A DNA stretch of 64,000 bases from Tubiluchus corallicola (taxonomy: Eukaryota; Animalia; Priapulida), in contig JAQGDQ010000066.1 in the NCBI GenBank assembly GCA_030141605.1, forward strand, positions 558,001-622,000, given 5' to 3'. Both the position numbers and the translations under genes were made by a program. Below are positions 27,201 through 39,200 of the stretch, in pieces; position 1 is the first letter of the stretch, and each line of letters begins with the position of its first letter. The notes below the pieces were generated by a model. The model was given only the letters and a program-made list of their open reading frames with translations. It was not told where the DNA came from and made no database searches.

Positions 27201-30200
27201 GGTGAATAATACAAACTGCTTCAGGATCAAGTAGTTCCTTGTCAATGGCCACCTTAAGAGGCATTCTTTCACCGGTAAATGGGTGGACGTATTCACCAGT
27301 TCTTGCATCAACTATTCCTTGCTTGGCAAGCTCTTCAAATGTTGCTTTTACTCCTGGTTTCATATTAGCCATTTTCATAGAAACCTGTAGTTCTTTTGAA
27401 ATGGTAGACATTACAATTCCTGTAGCCACAGCCTCATTAATGCTAATTCTAGTGCCAGTGTTGGAGTCAATAATTTCTTGAGAAGTCACATTAATAAGCC
27501 CCAAATTTAATGCCTCCCCAATTGTTAGATCTTTTCCAGTAGACTGATCAATCATAACTGCTTCAGAGGATGGTATACCATACTTGTTCTCCAATAAATG
27601 GAGGAATTCACTTTGTGTTCGTTCAACATCTAACTTTGCTTCTTTAACGGGCACCTTCTCAAATTTTTTGCTGATCTCATTGCCTTCATCATGTACATAA
27701 TTTGCTGGATAACTAAGAGACACATCCTTGACAATATGCGACCTACTAGTTTTTCCCTGGGCAACCTCATTGATTAAAAATTTAGCATCAGGCGATGGTT
27801 TAGATTTTTGTTCAATGACCCAGTATTCTGTCGTACTTGGAAATGTTTCTTCACGTGTAATAGTAATTTGGTGTTTTCTCTGGTGAATGACTTCAAAAAA
27901 TTCTTCTCTGGGATAATCACGCTCATTTTCCATTTTGTATTCATGACTGCCAACAGGTTCAATTGCAAAATCAGGTGGTTTTTCAAGAAGTGTATCATAA
28001 CTCATATTATCTGCCGCTAATGTTTCTCTACTTTTGCTTTCTTGAACGACAAATTGTCCAACTTGTGGCAAATCAATATGTTCACCTTCTGAAACAGAAC
28101 GTCTTTTCTGATGGGCAATTTCATATTCATCTTCAAGAAACTCAAAATCTTTATCTGGTAGACTCCTTACAAGAATCATTTCTTTATTTTTCATCACTTC
28201 AGTAATTGATGTTCTCTGTCCAGTATCTGCATTCATTACTTCCCCTGTTGATAAGTCAACTAGACCCTTTTCTATAGCTTCCCTGGCAGATAGCTGCTTT
28301 CCAGTGAGATGATCTCTCATGATAATAGCATCTACCATAGTGCCATGTTCTGCCACAAGTCTGTCGATAAAGTTCTTTATATCAACATCTTTAGTGGTAT
28401 CACTTCGGTGAAGTCTCTTGTGACGATGTACTACATCAGATTCCTCAACAACATAGTTACCATCACTTTCTGGTTGTTTTAATTGTGCAGTTTTGTAAGA
28501 ACTTTGCACAAGAGTAGATTGTTTAACGGATGGAAGCTGAAAAGTGACCTCTTTTGAAAAATAGTTTTCTTGATCAAATTGCTTTTGCACAGTAGCATGC
28601 TTAATAAAAATTGTGTCGCCAACATCACTATATGGTTGCACATGGTTAGCAGCCGCATCTTTATCTTCTGTAGAATCAAGTGAAACTTCTGACGTAATAT
28701 CATCAGAAACCGAAATTTCCTTCTTTTCATATGAATAATCATGCAAAAGCTCATGCTTTTCGGATTCAGCCATCACATGATCTTCCTTTAATTTTTTTCT
28801 TCGCGGTGGCTTTTGAGGTATCACGGCTTTCTGGGGCAGTTTCTCTGAATCAGTTGATTGCTTCTCAGTTTCTTTCACTGATGAGGAATCAGCACTATCG
28901 AACTGTTGTAAATTAGCTGTGCCCATGATTGGCATCTGATCACCTATAGTGATCTCTTGCTTTCTAATTTGGTGTACTACTGAGTATTCTTCATATTTTT
29001 CCCCGTCATCGACAACAGAAATGGATCTTTTTTCACCGTGCTTGACATCACCTGGTTCAGTTATTTGCAACTGTGTATTTATCTCAAATGGTTGTAAAGG
29101 AACAGTCTTAGTGTCTTGGCCTTCATCTGAAAAGTCTGGGAAAGGTCTTGTCTGAACTTGTTTAGTGATACTTTGTTCTTTTATTTCAAGGGGCTCTAAG
29201 TCAAATATACTATTGTCCTGTTCTGTTTTGTCTGATTGTGTCAGTGTTTGTGAAGAAAATTGTGATTCTGTGTAAGGTATATTTTGATTTAAATTCATTT
29301 CTAACTGTGCTTGACTAGATTCTGTTAGTTCTGTTTGCATCCTTAACTCTTCCAGTTTCTTGTAGTCAACTTCTTCCTGACATGGCCTGTTTTCAACAGG
29401 AACACGGGAAACGGGCATGAGATTTTCAAAAGCAACATGCGTTTCAGGGTAACCAAATTTCGTGGCTGTTGTTGTTGTAGTAACTGTTTCAATTAAGCAA
29501 CTTGCTTCTGCTTCAGAATTTACATCAATGTTAGTTGATATAAAAGGTATATTTTTGTTTAAATTCATTTCTAACTGAGCCTGCTTAGGTTCTGTGAGTT
29601 CTGCTTGCATAGTTACTTCCTCCAGTTTCTTGTGGTCAATTTCGTCCTGACTTGGACCATATTCTAAAGGAATGCGAGAAATAGCCATGACATTTTCAAA
29701 AGCAGTGTATGTTTCAGGGTAGCCAAATTTTGTGGCTGTTGATGTCATTGTAATAGTTTCTGTTAAGCCTTTTGCTGTTGCTTGAGAACTAATATCAATG
29801 CTAGGTGAGACAAAGGCAACTAAACCCAGGGCAAGAGCCTCGTCAAGGGTACATACTTCATTTGTAAATGTGTTTACAATTTGTCTTTCATTTATTACTT
29901 CGTAACCAGGTTGTACTGAGTAAGTGTCATCTTCAAGGCGAATTATTGTGGCTTCTGGTACTACATTTTCCTTATCTGATGTCAAGTGAACATCTGACGT
30001 TGCAATCAGTGTTGTAACTGGTATCTTGGTATGGAATGCATGCTTTCCCTCGTCAAATGTAGTTGTGTCAATCACAGGAGCATCTGAGACCTCGTAATTT
30101 GTGGTCACAGACATAGATTCCTGTATGGTATGGAGAATTTTTAGTAAAATTATATAAAATAATGAAAACAAAATCATGCTTATACATAAAAAATATAAAT

Positions 30201-33200
30201 CTGACAGCATCAACATAAATCAGGTTGACACTACCAGTGAAAGAATAATATGTATAGCATTGATTAAACACCGACCAATAAAAACCATTCACCTTGATTA
30301 TAAACATGCAAAAACGCCAACACCCATGTAAAACAAATTTAACCAAAGATAGACAATTTAACAGCCACCAAGTAAAATATACGAAATAATACAAAAACAT
30401 GCATAGTACCTGTTTCGTTGCATAAGATGAGATTTCTGACAGTTCCCTAGCACTTGCAGTGATTTGGCCAGATACAGGGTCAATCCAATTCCTTTCCATC
30501 GCAGAGTGTAAGGTGACTTCCATTCCAGTTGCTGGATCCCGAATGGCTGATGTCTCAACATCTATATGACCTCTCTTCACAGCTGATTCAAAAGTAATAA
30601 ACTCTCCACTGAATGGATCCACAAACTGGCCTGTGTTCTCATCTTGCTGCACTGTGCCATGAATCGTCATCATCAACTGTGTCTCCCTAATAAATGTCAC
30701 CTTAGAAATCAGTCCTTTTTTCACTGCTTCCGATAATGGTATTCTCTCACCAGTTTGTCTATTAATAATCTCCAAAGTGTTTTTGTCAATTATTTCCTGA
30801 GCTATCGCATCTTGCAAAGAAATTTCACGCCCTGTTGCAGGATCAATAATAGTTGAATCGAGACTTATGAAGTTGTTTCTCACGGCATCTTCAAAATACA
30901 TTTCTTCACCAGTTTGATTATCAGTTATTTTACCAGTTTTTGGATCTATTCCCAAAGCTCTTGATTCATCACTTGTACCCACCATTTCTTCTTCCCCTTC
31001 CTTGATAAAAGCAATTTTTGGAAGATAACCAGCTCTTATGGAATCTGAAAGGCTTGTATACTCTCCAGTCTGGAGGTTGCAAATCTGAAAGGTGTCTGCA
31101 TCAACTATACCAGCAGAAAAGGCATCACTGAGCGACATTTCTTTGTCTGATGCTGGATCTTTTACCATCGTTTCACTCTTGCTAATAATACCACTGCGAA
31201 CTGCATCCTCAATACTGCACACCTTGTTAGATGTAGAATCAGTGATTGTACCAGTATAGGGATCAATAACTTTGTCATCATAGTGTCCAACAATTTCAGG
31301 GTGACCTACTAATGTCACTTTTCGTAACGATTTGTCTAAGGTAACTGTTTCACCAGTAGTACAGTTTATCAATTCCATTGAATCTGGATTCACTAGGCCT
31401 TCTCGAATGGCCTGGGTGATAGAAATGTCGCGACCCTTATTTGGATCATGAATGTAGGACAAATCTCGATTAATGATTCCCTTATGCACAGCCTGTGAGA
31501 AAGACATCTGTATTGAAGTCTGAGTATCAGTAATAATACCAGCACCTGGGTCAATCCTTATGTATTCTACGTCTCCAACCTTTTCAAGTGAAGCAGGTTC
31601 AGATGTGTCAACCAAACCAACTGTAACAAGGTGTCCCGACTTTGCCGAATGAGAAAATGGAACACGCTCTCCAGTAACTATATTAACAACTTCCCATGTT
31701 TCAGAATCAACAAAACCTTGTTCAACAGCTTCTGATAAATTCATTTCGGCACCTGAGACTGGATTGCGGACAACAGTAGTAGTAGGACTTATCAGGCCTA
31801 GCTGAATACCTTTTTCGAATGACACAACATTACCAGATTTTGGATCAGTCATAAAACCTGTAGCTGGGTCCATCTTAATGGAAGCTATAGCCTGATCTGT
31901 ACCTTGAATCTCTAGAGCAGATTCACGTACTAAAGTAATCCTTGGTAGTTTTCCATCTACTACAGCTTCAGAGAGTGATTCTACTTGACCAGTGCGCCTG
32001 TTAATGAATTCCCCGGTGGCTTTGTCAACGATTCCTCTCCTGATCGCTTCAGCCAAAGTGATTTCTTCATTTGTCACAGGATCGTGTACAAATGTCATGT
32101 CAACACTAACCAAGTTATTTTGTAAAGCTTTCTCAAAAGGAATTGCAGAATTAGTTCGCGTATCTATAACTGAACCAGATTCTGCACTAACAGTTAAATC
32201 ACCTGAAGCACTTGTACCATGCCTAACAGTTATGGGTTTCTTTTGTTCGATTTTTTCTACTTCCTCAGCTTTTACGCCAAAAGGCCTCGTTGCGGAAATA
32301 GCTGAGGTAACCATCGGTTTTATTGTTAAAGATGCCTGAGAGATACTGGCTTCGGTGTCCTTTTCAGGTTTTGAAATTTTGGCTGCCAATTCAGGGTGAC
32401 TAGTTGGTCGCTCGTCACGTCTGCTAGGAGACTTTGAGCGAGAACGTTTTATTGCTGCAGCTACAGTCATTCCAGCTACAACAGGCGCGCCTGCTATCAT
32501 CAGCAACCCCATCCTTGCTGCCTCTGCTGCAGATATCTTTTTCCCAGTAGCTGTATCCACATAGTCTCCAGTGTTGCTGTCTACGATGCTACGATCAATG
32601 GCTTCGTCCATAGACATCTGCTCACCAGTTTTTGAATCAACAACCACCATTGAAGAACTATCTGCTTTATTGAACACAATAGCTCTGTCCATGCTAATGT
32701 ATTCGCCAGTCGACGAGTCAAACATCATTCCAGTTTCGCTATCATAAGTACTTTCAATCAACCCACTAGAAAATGCATCAGCCAGTGAAAAGAACGTACT
32801 TCCAGTATTGTCTTTTACTGCACCAGTTGACCCATCAATCAGTCCAATTTCAATTGCAGATTCCAGAGTCATTTTCTTGCCAATGTTGGGGTCAATAATG
32901 GTCACAGAGTGCCCATCAAGGAAGCCTCGATAGATTGCCTCTTGTAAGTTCATGTCTTCACCTGTGCTGGGATTAATAAACCGGCCAGTGTCTGAGTTTA
33001 GTAAACCACATTTTACTGCATCCTCAATATTCATTTTACCTGGAATGTTGCCCTGACGCCGGAGATCAATTTTTAATGAGGATGACATCGTGCCAGATTT
33101 TGGATCTATCTTTCCTTCAGTGTATGCCTCAGTGAGGGTGATAACTTTATTTGTTTGGACATCGATGTATGCTGCTTGTGTTGGATCAATATGACCTTTC

Positions 33201-36200
33201 TTTACAGCCTGCACCAGACTCATTACCTCATTTGTAGCAGGGTCAGTAAACTTTCCAGTAATTGGGTCAAATAATCCAAGACGAACAGCATCCAGCAAAG
33301 GCATGCCTCCTCTTTTCCGTGAGTAGATTTCAGAGAAAGAAATAGCCGGTTCTTCCATTGACACTATGGCTGCTTCTTCGTAATATTTGCCTAAATGTTT
33401 GGCAGACACATTTCTAACATCAGGAACCTCGTCCTTCTTTTGGCCAATTATAAACTGACCAATGGCAACTTTTGTTTGAGGTTCATGAGGCAATTCAACT
33501 TCAGGCTCGGTTTCTAATAGCTTCACACTTTCCAGTATGACATAACTGTTGTCTACGGCTTTTTGCAAGCTGAGTGTCTTGCCACTAGGTGCAACATAAT
33601 GACCAGTGGAATCAAGCAATCGTTTGCGCAATGCCTTATACAGTTTCAGGCTTTTACCTTTCGGATTAACCACTAAAGCTGACTTTCCATCTATGATGTG
33701 ATTCAACACACAGTCTTCTAATTTAATTGGTCGGTTATTACTCGGTACTGTAAAAATTCCTGTTTCGCTGTCTAATAACTCTTGTTCTATGGCAGACTTT
33801 AATGACATGCCCTCTTTCGGAATATTAAGTTCAGATTTATATGTGTGCAACTCATCAACTGAGAGCTGCTTAGTTAACATCAACTCCATGGACACGGTTT
33901 CGGTTTCCGGTGCTCCGTTTAGCATCTCAACATCGCTTGGTATGTCAGGCACATGTACAAAGAATAAGTCTGTCAGTTTTACAGCCGCTTCCATGGATAT
34001 AGTCCCCAAGGCAGCTGCTTCAAAAAGAGTAATGAATTTTCCAGTACTTGGGTCTCTAATATTTCCAGTTGTTGGATCAATCACTCCTCTCATGATAGCT
34101 TCAAGAACAGACAATTCATGGCCACGGTTATCTCTTACTTCAGCTGGTGTACTTAAAACAGTGTGTAACTGAGATTTGATCAAGTTCGCACTAACGGCTT
34201 CGTTCAGTGACACTTGGTGCCCAGAGTGGGTATCTGAAAATTTGCCAGTTCTCAAGTCAACGTACATGCATTTCGCAGCAGTGTTAAACGACACAGATTT
34301 ATTTACAGCAGTGTCATTGAACAAGTCCAAATCAAATACTAAACACTGAGTAACAGATACCAAAAGGTTTTTTCTCACTGCTTCGGTTAGTCGCATAGAT
34401 TCCCCAGTTCGAGAGTCCACAATTCGACAGAAACTATTTACTAACCCAAGTCGTAATGCATCATTCACATTTACCACTTCTCCTGTTCTTGCATCTACAA
34501 TACACTTAGTGTCAGTGTCCACTACACCACATGAAATAGATTCAAGCAGAGTTAGTTTTTTATTTGTTCTTGGATCTGTACACAAGCCCTTTCGCTCATC
34601 TATCAATCCTACATCATGCCCTTCCTTGAGTGTGTATGGTTTAATAATAAGTAGTTTATCTTTTGCAATGTAGAGACTAGATCTTTGATTGGTGGAATAA
34701 TCAATGTACTGTCCACTTTCAATATGAATGACTCCTTGCACCATGGCTTGAACTGTAGTTAGCTTGTCTCCAGACTGAGAATCTACAACTTCGCGAACAT
34801 TTGGATTGATAAATCCGCGAGTAATGGCATCTTCCAAACTGTACCTTTCATTAGTTTCTGGATTCACAAAGTTGCCCGAACGTTGATCTATCATGTGTTG
34901 ATTTAGAGCATCAGACAAAGCAAAACCAGTGTTAAACGGACTGTCAGTTAAGTAAATTAGTTCTAATTCTAAACCTTCTGTTAAAGGCATAACGGTCCCA
35001 TCACAAGGGTTGGTAAATTCACCCGTATGAACATTCAGACTTCCGCAGGCTATTGCCTCTGCAAGGCTCATCTTGGATGGTCTTATAACACCTTTTTCAA
35101 ATAAGTTTAGCACGCAGTCCTCTTCTGTGATACCTGCTACCACCGCTTCCTCAACTGTTAAAGTACGGCCAGTTCGTGGATCCTTTAACATTGCCTTCTT
35201 CACGTCATAGCAGCCAGTGATAATAGCCTCCATTAAAGTCAAGCTGTTAGAAGTTCTAGGATCTTTAATTCCGTACTGTGTGATTATCTTTTCATGAAGT
35301 GATTTATCAAGATAACCTTTTTTGACAGCATCTTGCAGTGAGCATTTTCTACCAGTTTTTGGGTCTATAAATTGACCAGTGTTTTTGTCCATCAGACCTA
35401 TGCTGATGGCATCCGACACAGAACATATTTGGTTTGTCATCGGATTTTTCACGCCTTTTATATGCACTATTAAAGTCACTCTGTGAAATTCAGCACGCTT
35501 TTTTACAGATATTTCTGTGAACACCATAGGCACATTTGTTTCTTCCATGCTTACAGGTTTGTCCACTTCGTCAATGCCTCGTTTCAACACATCTGCATGC
35601 GTAACACGTGTAATTTTTTTCTGTGCACCACCCATAGTCAAATCAGCATAAGCTGTTCTGTCGTTTTCTTCAGGAGTCGTCATTTCGGCATCTGTGATAA
35701 GAGAAGTCTCATATTCTTCTTCAGCTGGAGCATGCATCAAACCTGCAAAAGATTACAAAACATTACTTACATTTGTAAGCACATGCCTTTTGACCGACAA
35801 AATAGTCTGATCAAATTTTTATCAAATTTCGCCATACAACAGAAAAATTGCTGCACTACTACTGTTATTGCTGAAGCATATGTATCCAAACATATGTTAG
35901 ACTTCTCTGTCGGTTCAACATCTCTTCTTGGGAGGATTATTAGTTTACCATTAACTATAAAGTTCTGGTCCTGCAACAACCACTAGGATAATAAATAGAC
36001 ATATACCTGATTTCGTTGAAAGGGTGGCCATCAATGGAGTGAATGTGTCGCCACCATTCTGGTCCATATGTAAATCAGAACGGAATGTCTTCAAACTAAT
36101 GAGTGACACCTGGTCAATTTTGAACTAGAAGAAAGAAATTTCAAATAAATAAAGATAAACTAGAAAAAACAAGCAAAAAACAACAAAATAACACACATAA

Positions 36201-39200
36201 TGTTAAATGCCCTCAACTCAATGCTAAAAAGAACATTTATTCAGAAAACCTCCATTTATACTACTGGATGATTCCAAGTAAATTCAAACCACTAATGGCG
36301 TGCAAGTTTATTCTAAAACACTTTGTAATTCGTTCAGAACTCAAAAACGAATCATCGTAAAGTGCTAAGCAACATACTGACCAGGATCCTCATTTCCTCA
36401 ATATTTGCTACCCAACAAAGCTTCAGATAAATTCTCACCTCAATTCCCTCTGCTTGGGACAATATCCTGGACAAACTGTTGACCCTGTCTGTAACGGAAG
36501 CTACTAAGTCAAGATAGTGCTTATTAAGAACGTCCAACTCGTTGATAATATGATCAGCCCCTGAGATAGTTTTCCGGCGCTTCGGTAAAATTGCGTCCAG
36601 ACTGGGATGCACTTCTTCGAGTAACTCCTTGTACTTCTTCACTTCACCGTCATAGATCTTGGCTTCACGTATGTAGCGCCCGCCCTCTCGGTTCACTTGT
36701 TCTATAGCCGGCTTTCGTTCGCCAAGTGCGTTATACATATTCTAGAAGAAATGTTCTCTTTTACAAACACAAGAAATTGCTACAAACAATCATGACTTCA
36801 TATTTAGCATAATAGTCATTGGTTACGAACAGATGTAAAGTTTTACAAAAACTTCAGCTTAGACGAGGCAGTTGAAATCTGTCTTGATCAGTTTAGCTTA
36901 CTACTTACCATGGCTGGCTGGAATTGTGCCTTAGCATCCTGGACTTCAGTTGCTAGGCGTGGCATTTCCTGTAGCTTCTTCTCCATGGCATGAATCCAAG
37001 CTTCTTCCACCGGGTAGTCATTTTGATATATTAGCAGGCACTCACTGGCCTTCTCGACACCCCTACACCTGAAAAACATACAAATTATTAATAGATTATG
37101 ATAGAATATTGCAGAAATTAAACTAAATGCTGAAGCTACCAACCACATCATAAACTAGTGGTAACTACTACATAGAAAAGGAAAACACAATAATAAAATT
37201 ATCAAGAAAACAAACTGCACAAAATTTTAATCTTTAAGGAAATATGTATAAATTCCTACAGCTTAACATTTAGAAACAATAAAAAGCAGTACAAAGGTTA
37301 AACACTTAGAAAACCAATATTACAGTTTTACAAATATTACAATTTTTAAGCACTTCTTTGCTCTACAAGAGCATTTTCTGTGTTTATTCCATGTCATCGA
37401 ATACACAGTCAGTCAGAGCTACATGTGGGGTATTTCTTCTAAAAATACCGAAGACAAATATTTCAGGGAAATTATTAGCCAGATATAGTACTCTACACTA
37501 ATCTACAAAGTACAATGCAATGCAGCATTAGTTACAGCTATAGTGTTATAACATTCCCAATATTCCAAAGTACCAGAACTATCTTCTGAATGCATAAGGC
37601 AGAAATTTGGAACCTAGGGGTCTAGTAAGTGACAGAAATGTAGCACCTTAAGCCCAACATTAACCAGCAGGATTAACCAGAGTTTGCATATGATATGAAC
37701 AAATAATACAATTAACATTTTAACAGCTTTCTAATGTTAATTTACATAATTGCACAAAACTGCCACGTGTTTAATCACACAAAAATGCCATACTGTGCTT
37801 AAGATTGGACTAATCAACTTATCTTGTATATAAGACAATATACCATACAGTCAGTCGATAAACACATATTAAAAGAAAATAACAACAGAAACGAAACCGT
37901 TTTCTAACCTGTCAGCTACTTGAGCACAGACTTGGTCCCATCTACGATACAAAGCTTCTACGTCTTTTTCTAACTTTACAACATCCGGATGATTTTTCTG
38001 GCCTGGTCGACTGTGTTCTACAAGTCTCCTCATAGTCCGTACATCCTCGTTTAGCTGGTCAATGGCAGGCTGACCGTCTTGTAATTCTGACTGTAATACC
38101 TGCAAATACAAAAATCATATTGCAGATGGAAAATAAAAAGTTAGCAGTTAGGGTTTATAGATATTTTAGGTAATAAGGAGTAGCAATCTTGCTATTTCAA
38201 AAAAATGTGTGAAGCTCGCCATTTGTAGTGTTGGCTGTTTTTTAATCAACTAAAATATTTTTGCCAATTCATCCCAAATGCGTATCACTAAATATGCAGT
38301 CATTGAGCAGGTCCACCTCAAAATCATGTTCAATCAAATATGAATGACTGTAATTTCAATTTCCAATGTTGTTATTTTGAGAACGTAGAAAAATAAAACC
38401 GTTTGAAAAAACAATCAAAAGATGCCTTTGCTTATGTATCACTTAAAGAAATTTTGAGAAACACATTGCCCTAAGACTTTTTTATATACTTAGGCAACAG
38501 AATGAATCAACAGTAACAAAAGTAGGGCCTGTTCAACAAGATGTAAGGTGACATGATCGCAACCTGGCTTACTATCAAGGACAGTCCTCTAAGATAAGCC
38601 ACAGGACTGGCAAAGGTATCTTAGCCACGCGCTTTCGCTACACGGTAAACATTCAGTATGACAAATAAAGCCAACGAGCAAGTATTGCAGCAGTTGGTCA
38701 CAAGCCATTCGTGGGAACCACACCTTTGAGGCCACTTGATATGATCCCCCTTGTTTTTAAGTTCTTAGCCAAATACTTTTTGGAAACTACATTTTCAAGA
38801 ATACTATTACAAGCAGCTACAAAAAATTACATTTGATTGGCTTATTCGAACATCTCAATTTTTACAACACAGCAGATGTCATTCAATATCCGTTGTAAGT
38901 TAGGGAAACATTCGTAAAATTGTTCTACTTGCGCAAAATTAAATATTTACATATCAACTAAATGATATTCCTCTACTGTAGCTTGAGAACTTACGATGAA
39001 ATTTTCATGTGTAGTTTTGAGGGTTTTTATGTTGCAAGGCATTTTGTCCTGTGAAGCAAGCTTAAGCTCATAATCGCCTATCATGCTACCGCAGTCTTCA
39101 ACCTCATTCAAGCATATTTCACTGCATTTCAACCTGCAGAAAATAAGGTAACTTTAATTGATACAAACTTAATTGTTTAGTTTTATTACATTAAATATAT

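Noticed and set aside
12334-30216. 5960-aa ORF as a stand-alone secreted protein or bacterial-type giant adhesin with a signal peptide
   Set aside because: The hydrophobic 'N-terminus' (30121-30216) is intron sequence before the cag| acceptor, and the ORF splices in phase with its neighbours.
38520-38760. GC-richer intronic patch (a similar one at 44600-45050) as an ncRNA or transposon
   Set aside because: No tRNA/snoRNA motifs, terminal repeats or ORF that I could support without a database search.
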